Positions 53,143 through 64,000 of a stretch of DNA of 64,000 nucleotides are shown piece by piece (within the stretch, counting starts at the first letter, position 1; each line of letters starts with the position of its first letter). The position numbers and the translations under genes were made by a program. Location: the NCBI RefSeq assembly GCF_001194135.2, contig NC_068985.1:118848296-118912295 (forward strand). The letters run 5' to 3'. This DNA is from Octopus bimaculoides. Its lineage: Eukaryota. Under the pieces are notes generated by a model that searched no databases, was not told where the DNA came from, and saw only the letters and a program-made list of their open reading frames with translations.

Positions 53143-54342
53143 ATATATATATATGTATATATGTATACATGCACATATATATCCTATTCTGTTATTGCTT
53201 TTTGTCACTGAACTATACCCATGCTGAAGAGGCACCCTGGAAGGTTTAGTTTCAGTCTAATATGTATTTTATCAAATCCTATTTGTTAAACTGCTAGGTT
53301 ACAAGACATAAAGGGATACAATATAAACACAGGCAAATATATTTATATACACTACATGTATGGCTGTGTGGTAAGAGGCTTACTTCCCTACCACATGGTT
53401 CTGGGCTGTCCCACTGTGTTGCACCTTGGACAAGTGTCTTCAACTATAGCTTCAGGTGTGCGTGTGTCTCTTCGTCTGTGTTTGTCCCCCCATCATCATT
53501 TGATAACCGGTGTTTGTGTGTTGACATCCCCCGTAACTTAGTGGCTTGGTAAAAGAAACTGATAGAATAAGTACTAGGCTTTAAAAAATAACTCCTGGCT
53601 TTGATTTGTTTGACTAAAACCCATCAAGGTGGTCCAGCATGGTCAGAGTCGAATGACTGAAATAAGTAAATGATAAAATATATATATATATATATATATA
53701 TACATGCATACAGGGAGGGAAAGAGAGAGAGAGGACTGAGAGAGATAGAGAGGACAGAGAGAGATAGAGAGGGAAAGAACATAACGAATGAAGATGTATT
53801 ATCAATGATTTATTTACCTTACCTGTGTTTCAAATTGTTTACTACACTATTTGAAACACATGAAAGTTAGGTAAATCTTTGAGAATCTTACACACACACA
53901 GACACACACACACACATGTATGAGCATGTGTGTTGTGTATATATATATATATATATGTACGTATATTTGTAAACATACAATCTTACAAGGTTGATAGTCA
54001 CTTCAAAGTTTTTGCCATCTAGCTTTCATAATGCAACTTTAAAATGATGCCAACATATTTGTCTTCTAGAAATAATATAAATATGGTACTCTTCTGAAAA
54101 ATATTGAGAGATTCTTTAATTTAACGTTTGACATTTTACATATAAATATTTTAAAAACATGTAATATATTTGTATATTGTCTTTTCTCTCGAGAGTTAAT
54201 ATGCTAATAATAGACACATACACTGGTTCCATGTCACTGCTGTATTTACATTAGTCAGTTAGTTGACCAATTAACTAATTGATTGTTTAAGTAATTATTT
54301 GGTTAATCAATTGATCAACTAAGTTTGTCAAAGTTTTTTTAA

Positions 54343-54565
54343 AACCCTTTAGTATTCAGATTACTCTGTCAAATGTTATACTTATTTATTAACATTGGAA
54401 TCAATCATGCATTATCTCATACCTTTGAAAATTTTAATGATGGATTGTTTATTTCCAGAATGACATTGTAAGGTAGGTGTGAGAGGCCAGATCTGGCCAG
54501 TTTGAACATAAAACATGTAAAATATTTTGACTGGATATGGCCAGTTTAAATGCTAAAGGCTTAAA
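54343..54565 (+). mobile_element. MITE (CCCTTTAG(C/T)ATT...AATGCTAAAGG ends)
   Basis: Imperfect TIRs; homolog at 15479-15655. Confidence 0.75.
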
Positions 54566-54647
54566 GTCCTTGTGCTGCCATATGCAACCCCATCAATCAT
54601 GCCTTTTCCATTCCAGGTCTGTTCCTCATATATATATATATACATAT

Positions 54648-54835
54648 TCACCATGATAGATCGCTAACCACTACACACATTTATTTTCTTTGCTTTTTTT
54701 TTTCTCTCCTTGTTTGTTTCTGTGTTCCTTTCTGTGGAAGAGCATAGGCTCGAAACGTCAAAGCCTTTTTCAATTCCTGAGCGTTATACTAATACATCTG
54801 TCTTTGTCTGTTGTTTTTTTTTGTGAATACTCCCT
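54648..54835 (+). mobile_element. Short non-autonomous element carrying a hammerhead-like motif
   Basis: 3' half repeated at 57691-57782; flanked by (TA)n. Confidence 0.65.
54728..54763 (+). ncRNA. Minimal hammerhead variant (A6 replaced by U)
   Basis: CTTT-CTGTGGA-A-GAGC-ATAG-GCTC-GAAA-C-GTC-AAAG; perfect 4-bp stems I and II. Confidence 0.55.
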
Positions 54836-55855
54836 ATATATATATGTATATAGATATATGGATAACAGCTCTTTTGGTACCTATTTAATTAAATACATGT
54901 CTGTGTTCAAGTTTCATCTTATTTATTTTATTTAAGATTTTTTATGTTTTCTTATTAGTTTTTACAACTGGTTTGGAACAATAAAATAAAGAAAAATGAA
55001 GATGTGGCTACTAGCATGAAAACCTAACGGGTAAAAATTTAACCACAAAAGAACAGATCAACACAGGACTGCTGATGTAGAAGCTTAAACGGTCAAATAA
55101 TCCCTTGGCAGAAAAGTTTACATGAATTCAACCAGTAACAAAGAAGCAATGCTGATGCCAAATCTATTCATTTCTTGGAAATGAGACTGTGAAGGTCTGG
55201 AATGTTGGAATATGAATTTAGGAACATCTTATTCCAAACTACTTGTTAGAAGAACTAATAAGAAAATACAACCCCACCCGCCAAAAAAAAAACATAAAAT
55301 GAATATGATAAAACTTGAACAAAGTTGTGTATTCAATGAACATAAATATACATGCTTGCACACAAGACGGGCCTCCAGACAGGTTCTGTCTACTAAATTC
55401 CACTCACATTGGTCATCTTGAAGATTATTGCAGAAGCTACTTGCCCAAAATGACAGATAGTAAGATTGACAATAGAGCTGCATGGTTGTATAGCAGAGGT
55501 CTTATCCACATGATTCTGCCTACACCTACAACTAGATGTATCATAATTATCATTTCATTTCTCTGTCTGAAGAATTTCTAATAGGAAATTCCTTATATGT
55601 CTATCTAATGTGTAAAACATTGCAAATGAAACATGTGTAATGGTGAATAAATAATTGCCCCAAAATTCTCATTTCCTGTTTTATTATACAGTAACTCTGC
55701 AAATAGTATTTCTATAATTCTCAATTTTAATACATATTTTGAACTAACACACAAGAGTAACTAAGACTACATATTGGATTGTGATAATGGAATAAATAGA
55801 TTTGCTTCAAGAGGAAACAGCTGCAATTTACCCTAACTACCTACACAATACAACA

Positions 55856-55909
<54 letters not shown>

Positions 55910-56369
55910 ATACATATATATGTATGATGTATATATGTATGAATTATACACACACACACATGTTTGGAAATAAAAATCAAATGAAATTACACAACATTGA
56001 CAGAACAATTTTAGACCCAAAACATTGCTATAGGGTTTTTTATAGCCTATGTTTCGTGTACGTATGCATATGCATGCATTCATGTGGTAAATACTATAAG
56101 CAGATGAACAATGTATCCAGATGAAGTAATGATATTTATAGCTACAGGAGGTAAACTTAGCACAAGAAAATTCATAGAATTGCACTAAACTGGTGCTAGT
56201 TTATGATATCTCTATACAGCTAGATGGGTTGTGATTTTGGGGAGTTATGTGTCATGGATACAGATACAGACATAATGCAGTTGCCGTTAGCAAGATATAT
56301 GTTATCTTTCACAAAGTTCTACTGAAAAATTATTAACTCATTTGCATTATATATATATATATATATATA

Positions 56370-56600
56370 AACACCAAAAGTGATGTGCTGAGTCAGTGCC
56401 CTCAACAGAAGAAATTCATGTTGAAAAGATGGAATTCCCCACTTGCCAACAAACAGATAAAAATTGTGCATGTGCTGGCCAGTTTCAGATGTAACTGGGA
56501 CCTGTCAAAGGGAGATAACTCCACCTCACCCAGAATGGATGTCGCTGAGTAGAGTTTTGTCTCGGGTTATTTTTCATAACACTTGATAACCAAGGTTGTT
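56370..56600 (+). mobile_element. Penelope-like element 3' end
   Basis: NTKSDVLSQCPQQKKFMLK plus 3' flank homologous to 17130-17310. Confidence 0.75.
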
Positions 56601-56879
56601 TTCCTACCTCTATTTGTAGAGTAGTATATATATATATATNNNNNNNNNNNNNNNNNNNNNNNNNNNNNNNNNNNNNNNNNNNNNNNNNNNNNNNNNNNNN
56701 NNNNNNNNNNNNNNNNNNNNNNNNNNNNNNNNNNNNNNNNNNNNNNNNNNNNNNNNNNNNNNNNNNNNNNNNNNNNNNNNNNNNNNNNNNNNNNNNNNNN
56801 NNNNNNNNNNNNNNNNNNNNNNNNNNNNNNNNNNNNNNNNNNNNNNNNNNNNAAACGCATGTTATAATTGCATACTTTA

Positions 56880-56963
56880 TTCCTACATATGTTTCAAAGG
56901 ATTACAACCTGTGTGATCCATAGGGATCTTTGATATTAAAATTGTAACCTTCTCATCAGGGAA
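56880..56963 (-). ncRNA. Type I hammerhead ribozyme with intact catalytic core
   Basis: TTCC-CTGATGA-[11-bp stem II with apical GATCC/GGATC hairpin]-GAAA-C-ATAT-GTA-GGAA; palindromic stem III ACATATGT; predicted cleavage between 56884 and 56883. Confidence 0.8.
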
Positions 56964-58117
56964 AGCATGGGAATCATCTTATAACATGCGTTTTCTCCAT
57001 TCCTTAAATTCTTAAATATACTCAAATACCCAAAATTTCAAGGAGTTCCTGCCTTAAAAACAGGAACTAAACCACAGTTATTTTGTGTTCTTTGCTACAT
57101 TGGTTTCTATTAACCCATTTATTCTATCAGAAGAATTTTTATTCATTAAGATAGAAGAAATACACATAATTATATATATATCTATATATATATATATATA
57201 TATATATAAATATATATCCATACACACATTCATCTTATATGTGTGTATGTGTGTATATGTAAGCACGAGCTTGTTCCTTAAGCTTTCAACTCCAGTCAAT
57301 ACAGAGAAGGCCATGTGGTGTGTATTCTTTATCAATTTCAGATTTGGATTAATATCCATCAGAGCATTTAACTAGTTTAACCCTCAGCATCTGGAAAGTA
57401 GCGCTATATTGTCATCAGTCGTCTTTCCCAACTTCTTCTTCCTCCTGCTCCTCCTCATCATCATCATCATCACCGCCATCATTATATCGGCATGTTCGCT
57501 GTCATTGTCATCATACAAATTTTCAGTAACATCATTACCATCTCTCACCACAACCATTGCAACGTCCAGAGTCAATTTTATCAATACTGCCACTTTTATC
57601 ATCATCATCATCATCATCATCAGATATTCAGTTGCTTTACTGTTCTTGTTATGCAAGTTGTTAATAGTACAAACATGACCATCACCACTGCTGTTTTTCA
57701 CTTCCCGAGCATTAAACTAATACATCTGTTTGTTGTCTACACCACCTGTCTTCGTCTTTTGTTTTTTTATGAATTCTCCCTATATATATAAAATACACCA
57801 TTTGAGCGTGGCCATTGCCAGTACCGCTTGACCGGCCTTCGTGTGGGTGGCACGTAAAAGCACCCACTACACTCTCTGAGCGGTTGGCGTTAGGAAGGGC
57901 ATCCAGCTGTAGAAACTCTGCCAAATCAATCAGATTGCAGCCTGGTGTAGTCATCCGGTTTCACCAGTCCTCCGTCAAATCGTCCAACCCATGCTAGCAT
58001 GGAAAGTGGACGTTAAACGACGACGACGATGATGATGATGATGATATATATATATTGTCAGTAGTTTCTATATCTGGAAAAGAAGTATACTCTGAAGCAT
58101 TAGAGCAGTAATATATT

Positions 58118-58215
58118 TTTTAGGAAGTTAAAAGTTATGGCCAGTTACAAAATGACCACTGGTGCAGAAACCAATGGTCATTCTATGACCGACCATTACT
58201 TCTAACTTCCTAAAA
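58118..58215 (-). ncRNA. Long gapless hairpin (candidate structured RNA or palindromic element)
   Basis: 46 paired positions, 6-nt loop; on the minus strand 38 Watson-Crick, 6 G-U, 2 mismatches. Confidence 0.35.
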
Positions 58216-58719
58216 TACATATTCTTTTATTCGATTCAGCCATGCAGCTGCAGTCATGTTGGAGCACCAATTTGGAACGGTGAATTGTGAAGCAGATGAA
58301 GTTATAAATAATCATTTCATGTTTTAGCACAAGGCCAGCAATTTTGAGGAGTGGTTAAGTTCATTACACAAACCCCGGTGCTCAACTGATACTTATTTTA
58401 TTGGCCTCAAAGAAATGAGAGGCAAAGTCGACCTCGGTGAAATTTGAACTCAGAACATAAAGATGGATGAAATACTGCTAAGCATTTTGCCTGGCATGCT
58501 AACAATTCTGCTAACATGCCACCTTAAATGAAGATGTAAATAATAGAATGTAAATATTGGGTTAAAAATCCCTTTGGATAGAAAAAACTGAAGGTTACCC
58601 ATGAGGTTTAAGTCCACATCTTCCATAAACATGACAGGTCTTCATTTACTGGACCAAAGCAATCCTTCAAATTTCTCTATCCATTTTAGAAACTTAATTC
58701 ATAATAGTGAGGATATATA

Positions 58720-58930
58720 CATACACCATGAATTCTTGGTTCATCTGCTGGCTTTCCACTCCCCCAAAAAAGTATAACCACTTCCAGCTTCCTCTAATTC
58801 ACCAGTGTCTGCAAGCCTGGTTTCACTTAAGCAGCAATATTGATGTTGTAAGGGTTGATTACCTTTGCAATTAGGACTGTTTTTCATTCTAGGCTGTCTT
58901 TGCTGTCTTGTAAAGTTCTTACATTCCAAT
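58720..58930 (-). pseudogene. RTE (BovB-like) apurinic endonuclease N-terminus relic
   Basis: LSETRLADTGELEEAGSGYTF, followed after a frameshift by GKPADEPRIHG. Confidence 0.85.
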
Positions 58931-61900
58931 AACCAAAGACTAGTATGTTTCTATTTTTTCGTCTTATCTTTATCTCAATATAAGGATAAGGATAGGTCGA
59001 AGCAATCACTAAAATCTCTACAGCTTAAGTTGACATTTTGGGAAAGTCATTGCCTAGATCAATTTGTATCCAAACGATTTCAATTGAAGAAAAAGAACAG
59101 AAGAACTATATCCCACAATCAACAGACACACTTGCCCAGTCCCAGCCAAAATCAAATTCATCAATGTCACTATTGCGACTTCATAGCAACATCCATACCT
59201 GAAAGTACATACATGCATCCATCACAAATAGAAGCAGATTCTTAGATCTTTTCTCTTTTTTTCTTCTTTCTATTACTTTCTTTAAGCCCTCTCCGTCAAA
59301 CACACATATATCGAAACCAACAGGAGTGACCATCATATACATACACACAGGCGTGCACACACACACACACACACACATTCACACATACACACACACACAC
59401 GCGCACACACACACACACACACACATACACATGGGAACATATTTTATCAGGGTATGTAAAAGTAAATCAATTCCCATTAGATGTGAATATTTGAATACAA
59501 ACTAAGTAGAGTAAAAATAGACTTAATCAGATACTCTTCAGCCTTTGTCATACCAACAATAGTAGCGATCAGAGAGAGATAAGCTCCCGGCAATCCTAAT
59601 CCATGACCCATTTCCAGTAACAATTTCTAACTACATCACTACTACTTGCGTCACTAATGCCCTTGAAAATATGATCATGAACATGACACAGTACCATTCT
59701 GTTTCTGCCAGGAGTCTACAGGCTTGTGCCAATGTAAATTAATATATTAGCAACGTAACAGAAGCATGCATCTGCATAATACAAGATACTGAGTATAGAT
59801 TTTAAATATTTATTAGTGATATTATATATTCTTTTCTTCATTTTACTGTTTGCCGTCATTGGATTGTGGCCATATCAATGCAATGCCTTCAAGGTTTTTT
59901 TTTTGGTCGATTATATTGATCTCAGTTCTTTGATACTTATTTTAATTGACCTCATAAGGTAGACAGGCAAAGTTAACCTGGGTTCTAAAGGGAAGTACCT
60001 GTGATGGAATTGAACACCATAAGGTTTATTTGAGACATTGATCCTGGCATCTCTCACCTACAGACACAAAACATGCACACACGCACACACACATGCACAC
60101 TCCCTCTCTCTATCTCTATCTCTTTCACACGCTCACACATCTTTATATACAAAAGCGAATGTACACATGTTCCATGTTGTAGGTAAGTCAGAAGGACAGA
60201 AAAATAAATAAAAGGACAAAAATTAAAATCTATTATATTGTTATTAACATTGTCTAAGTCTTAATTCTCGCATTAACTTTATGGAACAATGTTGTGAAGA
60301 TATATAAACTGAAGTACCCAAATAAAAATATCTAAAAATTTATAAAATATGGAAATTCCTTTGGTCTTGCTAGTTACGATCTAATTCTTTCTAGCAAAGG
60401 CATACTGACACTTCTTTGGTTACATCAAGTTTTGTCAGTGAACAGGTTGCAGTTTCAAAGCGATGAAAATATTTTGACACAAATGAAAATTAAATGTTGA
60501 AGTGAAACTAACAGTTTTTGTGTGTTCTTGAATGGCTTACGAATATTTTTCACTAGCAATATTTTTCTTGTTTAATCCTAGGTTAACCATCATTGAACAA
60601 ACCTATAACCAAAGGCATTCCATTCAGGACCATCCCAATTTTTATTTTTCAGTCATTGTGTACACCAAACTACATTTTCTAAGGTAACTAAAGTTGTTTA
60701 AAGCATAACATTCAAACTTTCATTATGTTTTCAATTTCTGCAGTGAAGGTTGCTAAAAACATAACACCCAAACACACTGTGACAAGCAGAGTAATATCGT
60801 AAATATTTTCTTTATTACTGTTACAAAAGAGATAGATAAGGAGATATTATAGAAGTAAGTTGTTAAAAAAGTGTGATAGTTTACATAGAAATTGAATAAT
60901 CATTATCATTTTTAACATCCACTTTCCTTTGTTTGTATAGGACAGAAATTTTGGAGGCAGGATTTTGTACAGCCAGATGTCCTTCCTGTCTCTAACCCTT
61001 AACTTTTTCAAACAAGGTAATATTTCTCCATGGCTTGACATGTAATTCTTAGAAGACTGGAAATGCAGAACATTGCTTGTTTGACAGTGATGTTTGTTTA
61101 TAACCATAATGTCAAGGCGAGGATACACACAAGCATACAAACACACATTCTTTCAGTTTCCATCAAACTTAATCAACTCACAAGAATGTCTTCTACTATA
61201 GACCACCCCTGGGTGTTGAAAACACTTAAAAAATAAAAGGAAATCATGCTGATGTTAACTTTGTCTTTCATACTTCTGGAATTGATTGATAAAATAATAA
61301 ACAAGTAAAGTTTGGGAATTGATTTAATTGGCTATATGTTTCCTTTAAAATTCATGGGTATAGAAGGCACTTATTGAAGGTGCTGCACAGTAGTACTGAA
61401 CTCAAGACCACATGGTTGAGAAGCAATTGTCTTAATCACACAACTATGCCTGAATAATATGAAGCCTAAAAGAAAAAAAACCAATAGTATACACTGTATA
61501 CACATAGACCAGAAAGTTTCAAGAGACAACACATTACCTAGGGCCAATCAATGAATTCCACAGATCCAGGATTTCCCTGGTCACCAAGAATAAGTGTCCT
61601 TTATGACCTATATTCCTAGGTCTATTGGAACAAGCTGAGAGTAGGTTCATTCATTTGGATCATGCTTAGCACTAACACTCACCATTCAAGAATGTTACTC
61701 AAGGACAGTACTTTTCTCTCTAACTTTATTTTTATCTCTAAGTGGATCTTGAGGAAACTGATGTGCCTTGTGTACTCTTATCAGACAGGTAGGCATGATG
61801 TGTATACTGGGCTTTGTACATTTGTACCCCAGTGTCATTTTGATGGCATGCATTGCTCTCTTGCTCAATGATAATCCTTTCTACTAAAGGCACAAAGCCT

Positions 61901-62083
61901 CAAATTTGAGGGGAGGGGACTAGTCGATTACATCAACCCCAGTGTTTCACTGATACATAATTTAGCAACTCTGAAACAATGAAAAGCAAAGTAGACCTTG
62001 GAGGAATTTGAATTTAGAAACCTAAATGGTCAAAATGCTGCTAAGCATTTTGCCTAGTGTACCAATGGTTCTACCATTTCACC

Positions 62084-62134
<51 letters not shown>

Positions 62135-62901
62135 GACCAGATATGCTGACATGGTCTATAAATAGAGTTTGATGGATTGGCAGAGAAACTGCAGATGAAA
62201 TTATTTTCAGTCCCATGCTTCAACAATGTTTGATGCATTCGATTATAGAATTGAATTTTTGAAGTAGCTGCATAAAAGACATTTCTATATATTCAATCAG
62301 GTATGAATTACAGCCATGTCTGAAGGTTAAAAGAACACAGTAGTGGTATTTATATTTGATTATAAAGAAGATAGTGAAAGTTTTTTTTTCTGTCTTGTTT
62401 TTCTTTGGTGGTCACAAACAGAACAGATGCAGCGAGCATTTCAAAGACTAACAAAAGACACACAAGACTTTCTAACTGGTAGAATAGGTGGAGGCATGGC
62501 TGTGCAATAAGAAGGTTGCTTCCCAACCACATGGTTCCAGGTACAGTCCCACTGTGCTCCTTGGGCAAGTGTCTTCTATTATAGCCTGGGGATGAACAGT
62601 CTTGTGAGTGGATTTGGTAGACAGAAACTGAAAGAAACCCATCATTTATATATATATATATATATATATACGTTTATCAATTTGTGTTGCAAGATTCCTG
62701 ATGTGAAATCGTGTGTTGAAACAGATATTGTTGTATTTCAGGGTGGTAATTTTTTAAAAACTTTTTTTGCTAAATAAACACATGCACTATATATTTCTTC
62801 TTCACTCGTTTATTACTGTTCTTATTTTAGCTCATGTCCATTGTTTGGAAATCTTTCATCACACACAAAAAAAAAGAAAAANNNNNNNNNNNNNNNNNNN
62901 A

Positions 62902-62974
<73 letters not shown>

Positions 62975-63402
62975 TTATGTATGTATATGTATATATATAT
63001 GTGTGTGTATGTCTGTGTAGATATTTATGTGCATATTTCTTTATGCTTGTGTTTGTACCCCCCACTACTACTGGACAACTAGTGTTCAATTATTTACATC
63101 CCCATAACTTAGTGCTTCAGTTAACAGAGACTGTGTACCAGGCTTAGGAAAAAAAAGTACCGGGATTGATCTATTCAACTAAAAATCCCTCCTAGCATGG
63201 TTGCAGTCCAATGACTGAAACAAGTAAAAGTTATAAGGTAATCCATGAGCCAACTAAGGAACTTCTACATGAGTATTTGACTCTCTAGGAATACAAACCA
63301 AGTTCCCTCAAATCATGAGAGAGAGAGAGAGAGGGGAGTGAGAGAGAGAGAGAGAGGGGAGTGAGAGAGAGAGAGAACCCACTGGATAATGGAAATGTCT
63401 CA

Positions 63403-64000
63403 TCTACTACATACGTGGAAAATCGGTGTGTGTTTGTTTGTGGCGTTGTTAGCTAACTCCTCCTACATCGTTTTATTGATTTTGATGAAACTTGACACGT
63501 GAGTAGAACTCATGTCTGGAAACCTTGTGACATACTTAGATTGTTGAAAAAATCGATAATATGGCCTCTGGAAGGGACCTTATATCTACCTCAAATAACT
63601 CATCTTTTTTAAACACCCAAGGGAAATACCTCGTAGCACCTGCACAATATTTTTTAAACACCCAAGTGAAATAACCCATAGCACCTGCATTTACAGTTGT
63701 TAGTTTTCAGCGAAGCGATCAATATTTGATTCTCACAATCAGCAGACCTAATTCTGCATTTCACTACTCACAATTTTGAACTGCTATACCTTATTATTGC
63801 ACTTTCTTGACGCATTTACACTTTCAATGCCCATAACTCAGGTAATTCTGCATTTTTCCAGTTAAACGTTTCCGATGACAGTGCATAAATTTTTGATTTG
63901 ATTCAGCGGACCTAATTCTGCATTTCAATACTCAGAGTTTTGAACTGCTAAACCTTATTAGAGCACTTTCTTGATGCATGTACACTTTCAATGCCCATAA
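63403..64000 (+). mobile_element. Helitron-like non-autonomous element 5' portion with internal tandem repeats
   Basis: A|TCTACTAC start, GTGTGTTTGTTTGT tract, CTCCTCC...GATTTTGATGAAACTTG block; 45-bp and 164-bp tandem units downstream; truncated by window end. Confidence 0.55.

Noticed and set aside
54259-54322. AT-rich 22-bp inverted repeat
   Set aside because: Mismatch polarity is mixed, consistent with a decayed DNA palindrome.
59060-59245. CxxC-containing peptide QIHQCHYCDF
   Set aside because: Possibly a LINE C-terminal zinc finger remnant, but too degenerate to call.
3974-63147. His/Thr, Cys/Val, Ile/Tyr, poly-His and poly-Ser ORFs
   Set aside because: Translations of (CA)n, (TA)n, (CAT)n, (CAC)n and (TAC)n repeats.

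Overview
AT-rich, repeat-saturated eukaryotic draft-assembly sequence with 12 N gaps. The SINE families and microsatellite load resemble Octopus (inference from recognised repeat types, not a database match). No host protein-coding gene could be supported. The long ORFs in the track are artefacts of N gaps or simple repeats, and the recognisable coding sequence is decayed transposon. The window holds dozens of copies of at least four SINE-type families, relics of RTE, CR1, Tx1/L1 and R4/Dong LINEs, two Penelope-like GIY-YIG ends, a maT/Tc1-mariner relic, several MITEs, a Helentron-type HINE and a Helitron 5' end. The most interesting signals are at the RNA level. There are four unrelated hammerhead ribozyme motifs: one with an intact core at 56880-56963(-), and one inside a tRNA-headed SINE with an inverted 5' duplication (a possible Penelope-mobilised ribozyme SINE). 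There are also two long gapless hairpins with strand-biased G-U pairing (52175-52292 and 58118-58215). Retroelements consistently sit in microsatellites matching their own tails.
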